From the human T2T-CHM13v2.0 reference genome, Homo sapiens, in assembly GCF_009914755.1 (NCBI RefSeq), contig NC_060937.1: 64,000 nt of DNA; one strand, 5' to 3'. Within the stretch, counting starts at the first letter, position 1. The number at the start of each line of letters is the position of its first letter. The notes beneath the pieces are model-generated. The model was given only the letters and a program-made list of their open reading frames with translations. It had not been told where the DNA came from and did not search any database. Of this stretch, positions 33,600 to 52,415 are shown one piece after another. The position numbers and the translations under genes are program-made.

Positions 33600-34075
33600 C
33601 TGAGTCAGGACTCTTGGTTTCAAGAGCCAAAAACCAAATTAAAATGCCCTTAATTAAAAAAATACACACATATTAGTTCAGGCAGCTGGGAAGTTCAATG
33701 AATGACACTATTTGATCAAAGAGTTCAAACAATATCAATAAGGGTCTCCCTCTCCTCTCTTTCTCCATTTCTCATCTTTGATTTTCTCTGTGTGAGCTTC
33801 ATTCTCAGGCAATCTCTCTCCCCAGAGCAGCCTAGAAGATAATACTATCAGGCTTACCGTGATCTTACTACTCTTGATAGCAGAAGAAAAGACCCCTTTC
33901 TCACCAAACATTCATATCCATCTCCCCAAAATGGACTCTGATTGGCTGGTTGGGTCATGTGCCCATGCCTGGATCCGTCATGGTGGCACAGAAGTTGGTC
34001 ATGTAAATTACAGACCCACCAACCAGCAGAGTGGCATTCTCAACAGGAAAGATGCTAAGAAGACCAAATGCCCAC
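33600..34075. mobile_element. Old MLT1-like LTR remnant
   Basis: agtcaggactcttggtttcaag..ggactctgattggctggttgggtcatgtgcccatgcctgga. Confidence 0.55.
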
Positions 34076-34592
34076 CAATGCCTACCTCACTACCCACCTA
34101 CACAGTCCTCACAACCCTGAGGGCTGATACAGGGGTGGACACTGAGGCTTAGAGAGTTTAAGTTACTCAGAAAAGCCCCTCACCCTGTAAGATGTCAAGC
34201 CAGAATCAGCAGCCAGGTCTATTTGAAAACTACAGCCCTTTCCACTACACCACACTACCATTAGATTAAATTGTTGTCACTTCAAACCCGGGGTGGCACA
34301 AACTAAACTTATTATTTTTCCTAAAATCATCTCCAAAGTTCAAATTCTCCAAAAGTTATCACCATTTCCTTCTTCTCCCAAGTGTGAAAATTTAGCCTTT
34401 TCCTTCTTTCTTGCAGCCAACCTTTTGTCTATCTCTTTCCTCTTCCCGTTCTTTCCCAAATCCACAATCTCCACACTTGTTTGTGGGTTCATTACCTGAC
34501 ATCTGGATCATGATCCTATCTGTTCCCTACTTCAGTCTATCCTATACATAGCCACATATTAAACTCCCTACAGTACAAGTGTTAAAAGAACT

Positions 34593-35322
<730 letters not shown>

Positions 35323-36544
35323 CAGGGAAAGTCAAGGCTGACCATTGTCTGGCCTCGCCACATCCATCCAACTCAAACCCCTCCCTTGGGGACTTCAGGT
35401 TGTCATGGATCTTGGGAATCTTACAGAAGCCGGGCAGGATTGGGCAGTTCCAGACAGTGAGCAATGTTCCAACAGTAGGCCCAGTTTCGCCTGGTCTCTG
35501 CTTTCCCACCACACGAGGAAGAGGGAGGGATTTTCTGGGCCCACTTGTTATTGGTAGTTTTTACAAAATAAGCAAATGTTAAACAATTTCTCCTCTAGCA
35601 AATAAACTGAGCCAGGGAGTCTCTTTGTGATTTTTTTTTTTTTTTTGGCTTTTTGGGGAAAAATATCTCTAGGAATTATTTTCTCTATAAACAATGGCAA
35701 CAGTTTATTTTTGTTGGCTTGACTTGGATCCTCCCCCACTTCCTTTTTTTGGATTGAGAGGTTGGCTACAGAAATGAGAAAGAAATACTTTTTTATTCTT
35801 TTTTTGTGTGTGGTTTCTCTGGTTGGAAAATAAAAGCTCTGCATTCTTTCTGTATTCAGTGCACTTCAAAGTCATAAAAATTTGGATAAAGTACATCAGG
35901 GTTATGGGTGTTCTAGATTTCAGTCTTTTTATAACTTCCTCCTATTTCACATTCGTTTGACCTCAGGTTAAAGGAACGCTTTTGAAAAGTATAATGATTT
36001 GATCCTAGCAATGGATGTAGCAAAAATACTGGGGTCAATAAGTTGAATTAAAAGCCTTTTTATAAAGAAGAAGAAGAAAAAGAAGAAGCAAAAACTATAT
36101 TTTGCAAACTTTAAGCTTAAGACTGCATGACAGTGGAAGAATTTCCCAGCTGTATTCTTATAAAGAATATATGCTGTGAAAATATTTTTCAAAGTTTACC
36201 AGAGCAAAAAAGTTTGAATTAAAGGAAACTAACTTCATAAACCTCTGAACTTATTTTCCCAGCTTACATAGGCACTTTCTGTAGATTGGTTTTTAGTATT
36301 TTTCCATATATATTTTGTTTCTTTTCTTTCCCACAAACATCTGAATATTCTCATGTGTATGGGTTTTACAGTATTACCTAAATATATGTTTCAGTGATTT
36401 ATTGAGGGGAGAAAAGCAAGTTTCAAAACAGTATGTATATGTGATGTTACTTTTGCTAAGAACTATATATGCGTGTTTATCTATCTACCCATCACCTATC
36501 TTCCTAGAGATATATAAATGCACTAGAATAAAAATGCCCAAGAC

Positions 36545-37191
<647 letters not shown>

Positions 37192-37199
37192 CCAGATGT

Positions 37200-37884
<685 letters not shown>

Positions 37885-38428
37885 GGTGTTAGCTTTCTCC
37901 CTATATACCTACTTATTTTTGCAAGTTCAATTTGTCTATAATAAACATATTATTACTTATAATACTAAATGGGATTTTTTTTTAACAGAAGAAATAGATG
38001 TTTAACGGTTTGGTCTTTTTTCCTGAGAAACTGTAAAACTTCTCTAAGTCTAAGGAAACTAGTAACAAAATCCCCATGTGGGGCCTTGTTTGAATGCTGG
38101 AAATCATATGGCTAGCAATATTGTTTCACTAGACAGAAAATTAGAATGAAGAAAGATGAGAAAGCATGAGTTTAGATGCCAGTAAACGCCTTCTTCCTGA
38201 AGCTGGCACGAATGGATCCCCAGAGTAGAAGGACAGTATAGACATCTAGAGGTATCTGAGTCTGGAGTTTGTGTAACAGATTTCATCTGCAACTTACCTA
38301 TGGAAGCAGTCAAAAGACCTTCAAGCTTCAGGCAAATCCTGCTAAAGGAGATGTTAACTTATATGCTTAGAAGTTTTTTCTTGTGCAGATACTTTGAAAA
38401 ATTCATTGCGATATTTTGGATAAGATTA

Positions 38429-38708
<280 letters not shown>

Positions 38709-38769
38709 GTAAGAAATACTAGCAATATGCATAGGTTTAGATTTTGTCATATAGCTTTTTTCTTGCTTT

Positions 38770-38903
38770 CTTTCTTTCGTTTTTAAGAGATGAGGTCTCG
38801 CTATGTTGCCCAGGCTGGACTTGAGTTCCTGGGCTCAAGTGATTCTCCCACCTCAGCCTCCCAAGTAGCTGGGAATACAGATGCATGCCACCATGCCTGG
38901 CTG
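38770..38903 (-). mobile_element. Alu monomer (FLAM-like)
   Basis: Single arm of about 130 bp. Confidence 0.8.
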
Positions 38904-40194
38904 GCATTTTATTTCTTATAAATCCAAGAGAATTAAAGATCTAATTAAAATTAATCTCTATTTGGTTTTCCAAATGTTGTCTACCAAAATTCATATATCT
39001 GAGAACATTTCACTGGAGCAATTATGATAGTTTATGAATGAGGCAATCCCACAAACATTTTCAAGAACTTATTATATATGAGCCACTGTACCTGTTGCTG
39101 TGAATGCAGAGATGAATGAAGAAATGGACTTCGCCTTCCGAGGTTCACCTTATCACAGAGACAAGTTTAAGATTTGCTTTGTTCTTTTACTTAAATAATT
39201 CTTAGAACAACAAATAAAAACAAGGGAGGGTGCATTAGAGAATCTCAGCCACATCAACAATTATGAGGCTTCTTTGTTGGGTGGACCATTTTGCAATCCT
39301 GGATCAAGGTAGTTTATGCCATTGTGGGCAACGATGCAAAGGTTTAGCGATTGGGGATTAAGGAACAGCTCAGAGCAATTAGATCACATGAAGTCCCAAA
39401 TGTCTGCTTTATCAGGGTGAATCCAAGTTTGGCTCCTGTTGCTAAAAGAAAAAAATAAAAAGCAATGCACATATTACTTACAAGCAAACCTGGGGGCATG
39501 CCATCTATTATCAGCAATAAACAGATTTGATTCTTTTCTAAATGAGATTGTCAGGGCCCAGGGGATTTGTCAGCGTCCCGATAATCCTCAAATCATCTGC
39601 CTGCCCTACCGTGGTCATAAGAAATTGTTGGTAATAAGGCTGGTTAACAATCTTCTTGTCTGGTGCATTAAAGATAATTCCACATAACCCAGAGGGTCTT
39701 AGCCAAACAGCCTTCTTTATATGGTTCAACATTACGCGTCTTACCAAGCATCACTTCTGCAGAGGCTGCCAGCTCTCTGTCAACTGTGCAAGTCACTGGG
39801 CCCCCCACCCTGTGCAAAACACAGGCTGGACTTGGGGAGTTTTTAATCCAGTGTGGGATATGGAACCAACATAAAAACTCAGTGGCCACAAAGATGCCCC
39901 AGGGGCTCTGGGTCAGGTCCACCTAATGACCCACACCTTCACTGAGCAAAGACTGAAGTTTTCTTTTTCTTCCTTTCACTTTATTGTTCATGGTGTTCAA
40001 AATCTGGCATTTTGAATAAGTAATATATGAAGTGGCTAAAAAAGTTTTAAATGACAAAAAAGGATATTTAAAAAATCTTCTTCCCATCCCTTTCTTCTCT
40101 TGCTTTATTCCTACTTCCCTGACAGGTAATCCCTGTCATCAGCACTATTGTATCCTTTCAGAGTTTAAAAAAAAAAAAAGATAAATACAGGCAA

Positions 40195-40859
<665 letters not shown>

Positions 40860-41173
40860 TTATTGTATCCTCCTTCTTTCACACAGAAGATGGAACATAA
40901 TATGATTGTTCCGTGCCTTGTCTTTTTTACCTAATGATATATCTTGGCGATCTTTCTGTATTACTATGTGCAGTGAACCCTTTTTATTCTTTTTATAGTT
41001 GAATACTTTTCTGTTGTGTTGTGTACCGTATTTGTAAACATTGATCCCCTATTGATGGACATTTTTATTTTTTCAATATTTTGCTATAAAAAATGATGCC
41101 GTGAATCACCTTGTACATAAATTCTTTCCTATGTTATGATTATTTCTTTTTCAAAGGGCTACCTAGTAGTGGC

Positions 41174-41528
41174 TGATGTGGTTTGGCCCTTTGTCCCTAC
41201 CCAAATCTCATCCCAAACTGTAATCCCCACGTGTCAAGGGAGGAACCTGGTGGGAAACCTCGTGGTTTCCCCCATGTTATTCTCGTGATAGTGAGGGAGT
41301 TCTCACGAGATCTAATGGTTTTAAAAGTGGCACTTTCCCTTGTGTTCTCTCTCTCTCCTGCCACCTTGTGAAGAAGATGCCTGCTTCCCCTTCACCTTCT
41401 GCCATGGTTGTAAGTTTCCTGAGGCCTTCCCAGCCATGTAGAACTGTCAGTCAATTAAACCTCTTTTGTTTATAAACTACCCAGTCTCAGGTAGCATCTT
41501 TGTAGCAGTGTGAAAACGGACTAACACA
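41174..41528 (+). mobile_element. THE1D-like solo MaLR LTR
   Basis: TGATGTGGTTTGG..GGACTAACACA. Perfect 5-bp TSD GTGGC at 41169-41173 and 41529-41533. Confidence 0.88.
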
Positions 41529-41564
41529 GTGGCCAAGACAGGGGCCTCTCCCACTGACTCGTAA

Positions 41565-41890
<326 letters not shown>

Positions 41891-42269
41891 AAAACCCAAG
41901 ATTCTTAATAGATTTTTATAATGGCCCCACGTCCTCTTTTATTTCCCCAATACTTGAATTGCAAAGAGACAGCCAAGGGCCAATTTCTAAAGCTGGATAG
42001 AACTCCTCTGCCCACCCCCCATGCTTACATGTCTCCTTTTAATTTATTTTTCTTTTATTTATTTTTTCAGTTCATCCTTCACATGTCAACAGGTTTCCTT
42101 TTCAATTGCCTCTTGACACTCACAACTAACAAACCAAGATGGCTTGCTTTTGCTTTTCTACTCTCGTCATTTAAAACTGCATATGGATTGCAATCATTTA
42201 TTTCTTCTGAGAGGTAGCCCAAAGTGTTGCTGCATAATTTCTTGCATTTTTATCACTAGTCAACTTCTC

Positions 42270-42470
42270 AGTCATTCATTCAACATATACTTATTTAGTA
42301 CCTACTGAGTCTCAGGCATCTATTCAGGCACTGAAATACAGTAGCAAACAAAGTAAAGTCAGTTCCCACCCTCATGGAAGTAACAGATCATAAGCAAATG
42401 AAATGACAGTAATGGCAAGCAATAAACATAAATATGTATTAATAGTATAATTTCAGGCAGTGATAATGCT
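42270..42470 (-). mobile_element. L2 3'-end remnant
   Basis: cattcattcaacatatacttatttagtacctact..cccaccctcatggaag. Confidence 0.6.
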
Positions 42471-42534
42471 CTGCATCCCTACTTAAACAATTCAGAGCAG
42501 AGAGCCCTTTTATTTTTATAAAGTTTTTTAAAAA

Positions 42535-44313
<1,779 letters not shown>

Positions 44314-44529
44314 AATGGAGAACCCTTTTAAAACAGCATACAGATAAGGGATTCCAAGTCCATCTTGAAAAATTACTGAAGCTACTGTCTTTAGAAACTC
44401 TTGTACTCAAGAAAGCTCTGGTCAAAGCAAAAGCCTGTTGGTTCTACCAGACATCAACAGAGGGATTTGTGGTCATTTAAATCATAGAGTGTCACTTTGG
44501 ACTTACAAATGGCCTTAAAAGCAGTCTTT

Positions 44530-44677
44530 GAATTTTTTTTAAATTTTTATAATTTAAAATAGAGACAGGGTTCTGCCATGTTGCCCAGGCTGGTCTTGAA
44601 CTCCTGGGCTCAAGCAATCTGCCCACCTCGGCATCCCAAAATGCTGGGATTATAGGTGTGAGCCACTGCACCCAGCC
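44530..44677 (-). mobile_element. Alu monomer (FLAM-like)
   Basis: Single left arm. Confidence 0.82.
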
Positions 44678-44704
44678 CTTTTCTATAATTTCTATCTCTT
44701 TATC

Positions 44705-44880
44705 AATATGAAGAACCTACGATTACATTGGGCCTACCCAGATAATCCAGGATAATGTCCCCATCTCAAGATCCTTAACTTCATAACATCCTTAACTTCA
44801 TGACGCAGAGTAACATAGTCACAGGTGCCGGGGATTAGGATGTGGACATTTTTATGGGGCCATCACTCAGTCGACCACAC
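44705..44880 (-). mobile_element. MLT1-type LTR fragment
   Basis: gattacattgggcctacccagataatccaggataat..cccatctcaagatccttaactt. Confidence 0.75.
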
Positions 44881-46412
44881 CAGGGAATTAAGAATCAGCA
44901 GTGTGGGACAAGAGAACAACCAACCTACAAAACAACAGGGATTAATAATCAGCACTGGGGAACAAGATAATGACCAACCTACAAAGTAAGTGAAAAGCAA
45001 CAGGGGAAGTTATGAAAAAAATAAATTTGGCAGAAGATGCCTCAAGATTCAACACTTTGAATTCAACAGATATGTTTTAGGTCTCCACCCAGGTGCCAGG
45101 CACCAGGCACAGTTTCAGGTGCTCGGGATATATTGGTGAACAAAACAGGCCAAACCCCTTCCCCCAAAAGTCTTATGTTCAACAGAGACATCATATATTA
45201 AGTACATTCTTCAGTAATTAGAAGCAGATGTGCTATGAAAAAATGAAGGGGGGATCAGGGAATGGGGATCAGGGAAGGGGGCTCCGGAGAGGCCTGAAGC
45301 GTGTGGGGGTAACCATCCGCCTGCTGACATTAGGGGGAGCTACAGCACAGCTTTGGGGGCTGAGATCAGAAAAGGATTTAGAGGTCATGTAGATGAACTC
45401 CCTTAGTTTAGAGAGAGGAAGCTACGGCCCGGAAGGCCACAAGGTGGTCGTTAGTTATTCTGTATTTGGCCTAAATTTGAGAGACAGTCCCCTCCTCTCT
45501 CCCCAAGGAGGCCAGACAGAGTCATCAGTGTTATCAAAGGCGACTCTGCCAGGAGGTGAGGCTGGGAGGGTTTTGTATCATAGCAGCAGGAGGGATGGAT
45601 GATCTCAGAGTGGAGTTCTATCTGTGCCACTGTTTAAAAATCATTCCACAGAACTTCTAATATGCCTCTTTCTAAGTGCAGTATTCTGATGTCTTAAATC
45701 AGTGACACCGGTCCCACTCAGCCTTTGAGACTCAACTTTGGTGAAAATAACCTGTATCGGCCAGACACCAAAAGGAAGGAAAAACCGGCTTCTGATAAAG
45801 AGCCTTTGGTGTTGATCACGAAAGAAGAATTCAGCTTCGTTTTCCTAATCGTTCCTGCTCCTTGAAACGTGAAAGTTATTTACATGTTATGATAAACCAT
45901 AGGTTGATTAGATATTTTCGTCCAGTATCTCCTTGGTGTGCCTATTTGCCAAAAAATGAGCCAATACAAAATCCAAATATTTCTAAGTGAGAGTTATTTA
46001 CTCACTCACCATCACAATTACAATTACAAGATCATCACAGTTACAAAACCACGTGGTGAAAATGTAACTCATTTCTTCAGGGGACCGGTATTTGTTGAGA
46101 GCCACATTGGCTAAGATTTGAGCATTCAGGTCATTTACAGTCTGGCCCCAGACAATCCCTCGGATCCCTGCTGTGTTCTCTCTGCCTGCTCTACTCTTCC
46201 TCTGAAGACTTTCACTGATTCAGTCTCCACCACATTTCAGGTCTCCATTCCCTGCTCTGCAAAGCCCCCCAGTTCCCTGCCCCCTCACGCAGAAGGAATT
46301 GCAGCAGTTCTGTACCCGTTCCCCCATACACCCATGGACCACAGAACCCATCCTTTCCCCATTTATCCGTCTACTTCTCTCACTACACAGATGACTTCTT
46401 TGAAAAGTTGTT

Positions 46413-46562
46413 TGGCCAGGCTCAGTGGCTCGTGCCTGTAATTCCAACTCTTCAGGAGGCTCAAGGCAGGAGGATCGCTAGAACCTCAAGGCTGCAGTGA
46501 GCTATGATCATGCCACTGTACTCCAGCCTCAGTGACAGAGTGAAACTCCATCTCTACAAAAC
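46413..46562 (+). mobile_element. Internally deleted Alu or Alu monomer
   Basis: ggccaggctcagtggctcgtgcctgtaa..gctgcagtgagctatgatcatgccactg. Confidence 0.75.
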
Positions 46563-46589
46563 TTTTTTAAAAACTTTCTTTTATTGTGG

Positions 46590-47372
<783 letters not shown>

Positions 47373-47664
47373 GCTAGAAACATCAAACCTCTAGAGCATA
47401 AGGGGCTGCTCCCTATCCCTAGTATGCTCCCGCCCCATCCTTCTTTCCCATGTCTCTGCCAAGTGCCTATTCTTCCAGACTGCTCAACTCAACAGGATAG
47501 TGAATCTCGGAATTATTCACCCTACTAAATTTCATATGCTCTCTTGATGCACTTGGAAAATTGATACTTTTCTTTTCAGTTTTGGAAGCTGTGAGTAAAG
47601 ATAGACTTGACTGTCCTAAAGGAGGAACTCTGAATCCCTTTCTCTATTATATTTGGAAATATGT

Positions 47665-48028
47665 TGATATGGTTTGGCTGTGTCCCCATCCAAAATCTCA
47701 TCTTGAATTGAAATCCTCCAAATCCCCACGTGTCAAGGGAGAGACCAGGTGGAGGTCACTGAGTCACGGGGGCAGTTTCCCCCATGCTGTTCTCGAGATC
47801 GGAGATTGGAGAACTCACTCGTGAGTTTGGTAGTTCCTTCTGTGTTCATTCTCCTTCCTGCCATCTTGAGAAGAAGGTGCCTTGTTTCCCCTTCACCTTC
47901 CGTCATGATTATAAGTTTCCTGTGGCTTCCCCAGCTATGCTGAACTGTGAGTCAATTAAAGCTCTTTCCTTTATAAATTACCCAGCTTCGGTCAGTTCTT
48001 TATAGCAATGTGAAAACGGACTAATACA
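47665..48028 (+). mobile_element. THE1D-like solo MaLR LTR
   Basis: TGATATGGTTTGGCTGTGTCCCC..GGACTAATACA. Flanks TATGT and CGTGT may be a decayed 5-bp TSD. Confidence 0.88.
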
Positions 48029-48304
48029 CGTGTCCTCCAGACACCCACATACTATGTAGATAAAGTTAATAAAACTTTATTTTAACATGTACTAGCATTA
48101 GGAAACAGTTAGTTGTTAACCTACCTACTGATTAGCAAAATGCATGAGTCAGTAATCTTGTGAAGAAACTCAACAACCCCCTACCATTGCTGGTGAGAAT
48201 GGGCACAGCTACAATTTCTTCTAGGAGAATCTGAAATTGAACCAATTAGCAAATAAGACATAGTAGGACCTACTTTAGATCCAAGGCATTTTAAATAAGG
48301 ATAA

Positions 48305-48765
<461 letters not shown>

Positions 48766-48956
48766 TCTCATCCTACAGAAGGTGTTTCTAAGTCAAGACA
48801 CCAAGAGCCTTTCTCCCAAGGTGGCTACCCAGCACATCACTAGCCCTGCCCCCTAAACAACAATACTGCATCCCAAAGCCCACCTGATAGATGGTTAGTC
48901 ATCCCATCCCACCCCACCCTCTGAGAACTGCTGGGGAAAGGCACAATAAAGAAGTA

Positions 48957-49169
48957 TTAGGTCGGTGCAAAAGTAATTGTGGGTTTTGCCATTATTTTCA
49001 ATTCTGTAAGTTTTTTGAGAGCAGGGACCTTGTATGTCTTGTCACTGCTGTGCTCCCAGCACCTGGCTCAGTGAATCCTACCTGGCAGGTATTCAATACA
49101 TATAAGATGAAATTGTTCTTGCCATTACTTTGAATGGCAAAAACCGCAATTACTTTGGCATGAACCTAA
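48957..49169. mobile_element. MADE1 (Hsmar1-derived MITE) with a ~120-bp central insertion
   Basis: Left TIR TTAGGTCGGTGCAAAAGTAATTGTGGGTTTTGCCATT, right TIR AATGGCAAAAACCGCAATTACTTTGGCATGAACCTAA. TA TSDs at 48955-48956 and 49170-49171. Confidence 0.9.
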
Positions 49170-49189
49170 TAAATTCACAAACTCATATA

Positions 49190-49880
49190 TCGACATTGTG
49201 GTGGAGATGACCAGGCACTGTGACAGTGAAATAGATGTGGGGGCGCCGTTGGGGAACTTTAGGTTATTAGCACAGGCCCCTGTGAGGAGGTGGCACGTAG
49301 GCTGAAGGTCCTGGAGGATGAGCAGGTGTAGCCATGAGCATTCTGGGGATGAGGAACGGCATGTGTGAAGGCCCCACGGTGGGAGAGAGCCTCGTGGACT
49401 TAGAAAACACAGACAGAAGACGAGTGGGGCTGGAGATAAATTGGAGAGGCTGGCAGGGGCCAGACCGTGTGAGGCTTTAAGGGTCATGGGGAAGAACTCG
49501 GATTTTATTCTAAAGCCACTAAAGGGTTTTAAGAAGGGAAGCGATGCAATGACAATAATAATGAGGAATAGTTAACACTACTGAGAACTTGCTTAGATTT
49601 TAAGTGTGCAGTCTCTCTCTATGTATATGTAAACTCAGTCTATCATTATAACAAGCCTATGAGGTGATGAGGTATTTATACCCCCATTTTATAGATGAGG
49701 AAACAGAGAGCTTAAGAAACTTGACCAAAGTCACACAGCAAGTCAACTCTGGAACTAGGAGCTGCGTCATGCTTTTAAAAGGTCAGCCAGGTTTTATGGC
49801 AAACGGGTGATTGTAGGAGGGAAGAATGGGAGCAAGGAGGCTTTGAAATAATCCAGGTAAAGGATGATGATGTCCAGAAT
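49190..49880 (-). mobile_element. L2 remnant with a MIR inside it (about 49560-49760)
   Basis: aagaactcggattttattct..ccactaaagggttttaag and cccccattttatagatgaggaaacag..ttgaccaaagtcacacagc. Confidence 0.65.
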
Positions 49881-50459
49881 CAGACTTGAGTGAGGTGAGT
49901 GCAGCCCCAGCCTGGGATGCAAAATTTAAGGAGAAGTCTCAGTAATTACTGCACTCCAGCCTGGGCGACAGAGCGAGACTCCATCTCAGAAAAAAAAAAA
50001 AAAAAAAGATAAGTAATATTGGCCTGGCATGGTGGCTCATGCCTGTAAGCCCAGCACTTTGGGAGGCTGACGCGGATGGATCACTTGAGGCCACGAGTTC
50101 GAGACCAGCCTAGCCAACATGGTGAAACCCTATCTCTACTAAAAATACAAAACAATTAGTTGGAAGTGGTGGCACTTGCCTGTAGTCCCAGCTACTCAGG
50201 AGGCTGAGGGGTGAGAATCACTCAAGCCTAGGAGGTGGAGGTTACAGTGTGTGAGCTGAGATCGTGCCACTGCACTACAGCCTGGGCGACAGAGCAAGAC
50301 TGTCTCAAAAAAAAAAAAAAAAGTAATATTCTAAACTAAAAACCAAGATAATGGAAAAATCCCATTATGAACAAAATATCAAAATTTTAATTAAAGACAG
50401 GATTTGTGTTACTGAAATTGCCTTTGCCTCAGGCTTCAGTATGGCTGGACCGGGCACTG
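49875..50459 (+). mobile_element. MER96B-like hAT element interrupted by Alus (3' fragment about 49949-50007, full Alu about 50021-50322)
   Basis: gcaaaatttaaggag..tgaacaaaatatcaaaattttaattaaagacagga..tttgcctcaggcttcagtatggct..ggcactg. Confidence 0.7.
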
Positions 50460-51329
50460 GCTGGGACTAAGGTGGTGACAAGAAAGTGACCAAATTGGAG
50501 TAGACAGGCGAGGCCTGAGGTGGAGCAGGCGGGGGAGCTGGGGGAGGGCACCAAGGGGTTGAGCAGTCTCCCCTGTTGGTATCGAATATAACAATAATTC
50601 TTAGGCTCAGCAGAAGTTTAGCATCCATGTTCCCAGTCACCTGGACTTTTCCAAATCTTGGAACCCCCTCTGGCTGAAAAGGCTTTTGTTTGTTTAAACG
50701 GCCACTTTTTGCATCCAAGAGCACAAGTCAGCTTCCACTGGAAGGTTCTGAGAAACGGTTTCAGGTTTAAGTCTAGAGCATGAATGGAACGGAGTCACAG
50801 CTGAAAAAGAAACATGCCGAGTGCCAAGGAAAAGACATGGTTAAGGGGTAACATGGGCCCGGGTAGGTGAAGGTCGGCAGGTGGAGGCCGGCTGGATCAG
50901 GGAAGGTGAAAGAAGAGGCAGGGGCAGGGCCCAGCCTGTTTTAACGCCTCGGCGTTCTCACCGCTGCAGAACGGCTGCAGGGGGCAGAGTAAAGAGCTGC
51001 TGTCAGTTTCCCTGCCCAGAGAGTGCCAACAGCTGCTCTGACCTATTGCAGGCATGTGTGTTCCAGGATGCAGCCTTCCTGCACTTTGACCACTCTAGAT
51101 TAATTGCTAACCAAGATATGCACATGGTGGGGCTCACAAAGTATTAGGCGGTATTTTAACAACAAAAGCTGCGAAGAAATCCCTAGAAATGTTGGCTCTT
51201 CTGGCTGGGAAAACGCAGTCTGTCAACAGTTGCCTCAAAAACTCAGAAGCTCAGAGAGTTGGATTCGGTCACCAGAGAGGCCCCTCAAAGAGGCCCCAAC
51301 CATTCAGATCCTCTGCTCTGTCCCCCATG

Positions 51330-51850
51330 ACAGCGGGGACGAAGGTCCTAAGCCCTGGCCGGGAGGGCAGTTGACCTCGGGACTCGCCGCGGGGCGGAGC
51401 GGGTGCTGGGAGGAAGGAGGGCGTGGCTGGCGGGGTGTGGCTGGCGGGACGGGGCGGGGCGAAGACAGAGCGAGGCGGGGCCTGGGACGGGGGGGGGGTC
51501 GGTGTCGCCGTGGGGGCGTGGAATGTGGGGTGGGCGTGGCTAAAGGCAAAGGGCGGGGCGCGCGCGTCGGGAAGATGGCGCTACGTCTGCTGCGGAGGGC
51601 GGCGCGCGGAGCTGCGGCGGCGGCGCTGCTGAGGCTGTGAGTGCAGGTCCCCGTTCCCCGCCTTCCCGGCCCGGCTCGCCGCGGGTCGGCTCCTGTTGCA
51701 GCCCCGCGGGCCGGGCGCGGCCTCCCCAAGCCCTCACGGGAACCCAGCCGGACGGAAGCACCATGCGCCTCCCACGCGCTGGCTCGACCTCGTCCAAGGT
51801 CGCTGCCGCCCGCGCCTCCCTTTGGGAGGGCCCTTGTTGCACCCGGAAAA
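51330..51850 (+). promoter_or_regulatory. CLYBL: CLYBL CpG-island promoter
   Basis: Very high GC and CpG content. GC boxes GGGGCGGGGC at 51451, GAGGCGGGGC at 51472 and GGGCGGGGC at 51551. No TATA box. YY1-type AAGATGGCG at 51572-51580. Confidence 0.9.
51575..51636 (+). CDS. CLYBL: CLYBL (citrate lyase beta-like / citramalyl-CoA lyase) exon 1 coding part, mitochondrial targeting peptide
   Basis: Strong Kozak context aagATGG. Reads MALRLLRRAARGAAAAALLR(L): Arg/Ala/Leu-rich with no acidic residues, matching the recalled CLYBL N-terminus. Donor CT|GTGAGT at 51637. Synteny with TM9SF2 agrees. Confidence 0.95.
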
Positions 51851-51990
51851 TGGGTACACACCTTAGGTCGAATTACCTGGACTCAGCCCCAGGAAACAAA
51901 ACTGCCTGCCTCCCCCAAATGGCAAACGTGAACGCGCCAGTCTTTGAGAGGCGGCTTGCCTGGTGAAGAACACCTGCGGTTCGTTTAACA

Positions 51991-52415
51991 CAGCGGTTCC
52001 CAAACGGTTTGGTCTCAGGACCCGTTTACACGTCTAAAAATAATTTGAGGACCCCCCAAAGCTTTTGCTTATATCTATTGATTTTTGTGGCATGAGGAAT
52101 TAAACCAGAAATTTAAAAAATATTCACTTAATAACAAACCCATTAACTTTTAATACAAATAACACTTTAATGCATAACTTCTCAAAAAAAAAAGTGAGAA
52201 GATTGGCTCATGGTTTTTATATTTTTGAAAATTTCTTTGGTTTAATAAAGGACAGCTGGAGTCTCATATCAGCTGTTTTGAAGGAAATATTTGAAAGAAA
52301 TTCTGGGCTCATGCAGATGCAGATATTAGTTGGGAAAGGGAGGACCAAGCAGACCCTCTCAACGGGTCTCAGGGACCCCCTCAGGTGTCTTTGGACCACA
52401 CTTTGAGAACCGCTG
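51991..52415 (-). mobile_element. Internally deleted Charlie1-type hAT transposon
   Basis: TIRs CAGCGGTTCCCAAA and TTTGAGAACCGCTG. 8-bp flanks GTTTAACA and GTCTAGCA match at 6 of 8 positions. Confidence 0.8.

Noticed and set aside
39538-39747. 69-aa minus-strand ORF with protein-like composition
   Set aside because: No recognised homology, and no convincing splice sites or start context. A tblastn or PhyloCSF signal would be needed to revive it.
51104-51640. 178-aa ORF suggesting an N-terminally extended CLYBL
   Set aside because: It has a non-ATG start and runs through the GC-box promoter, where stop codons are scarce. An extension would mask the targeting peptide. The real start is the ATG at 51575.
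51304-51861. 185-aa antisense ORF over the CLYBL CpG island
   Set aside because: Low-complexity Arg/Pro/Ala composition expected from GC-rich DNA, with no recognisable domain.
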